Source: Halocafeteria seosinensis
Lineage: Eukaryota
DNA length: 64,000 bases
Direction: 5' to 3'
NCBI GenBank assembly: GCA_001687465.1
Contig: LVLI01000344.1
Coordinates: forward strand, 1-64,000
Each line of letters opens with the position of its first letter. The stretch's first letter is position 1. Under the pieces are notes generated by a model. That model was not told the origin of the DNA and ran no database searches. It saw only the letters and a program-made list of their open reading frames with translations. The translations under genes and the position numbers were made by a program. This document shows positions 63,929 to 64,000 of this stretch, in pieces.

Positions 63929-64000
63929 GCAGTCTTTTGAAATTTTTGTAGGCAGGGATCTGTATTTGTGTTGCTGAGATGGTGGCTTCACTTGGCATGT

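Overview
Gene-dense eukaryotic DNA with short GT-AG introns (mostly about 55-115 nt), probably a protist. A stramenopile-like origin is an inference. Bases 1-25239 hold one giant minus-strand gene that the ORF track misses because its stop codon lies beyond the left edge. It encodes a secreted protein of more than 8,300 aa: signal peptide, two PSI-like Cys modules, then one stop-free 24.6-kb exon of ~15-aa Gly/Ser/Thr beta-strand repeats. That exon contains a near-identical 2.1-kb in-frame internal duplication and a hint of a ~4.9-kb super-period. The remaining 38 kb holds about 16 genes: EME1, RMI1, NDOR1, JMJD5/KDM8, a SET-cyclin-CDK fusion, a cNMP-CaMKK-PP2C fusion, an SMP-30/gluconolactonase-like protein, a macrodomain protein, ATG4, a hypothetical protein, RPS7, an mS34-like protein, an MFS sugar porter, a DEAD-box helicase, SNAPC3 and sideroflexin. 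The most striking candidate system is a Set2/ASHH-type H3K36 methyltransferase fused in one frame to a cyclin T/K-like fold and a CDK9/12-like pseudokinase. Other leads are the kinase-plus-phosphatase fusion with a cyclic-nucleotide sensor and a ~300-nt structured ncRNA candidate at 53506-53812. All family assignments come from motif recognition by eye; no searches were run.
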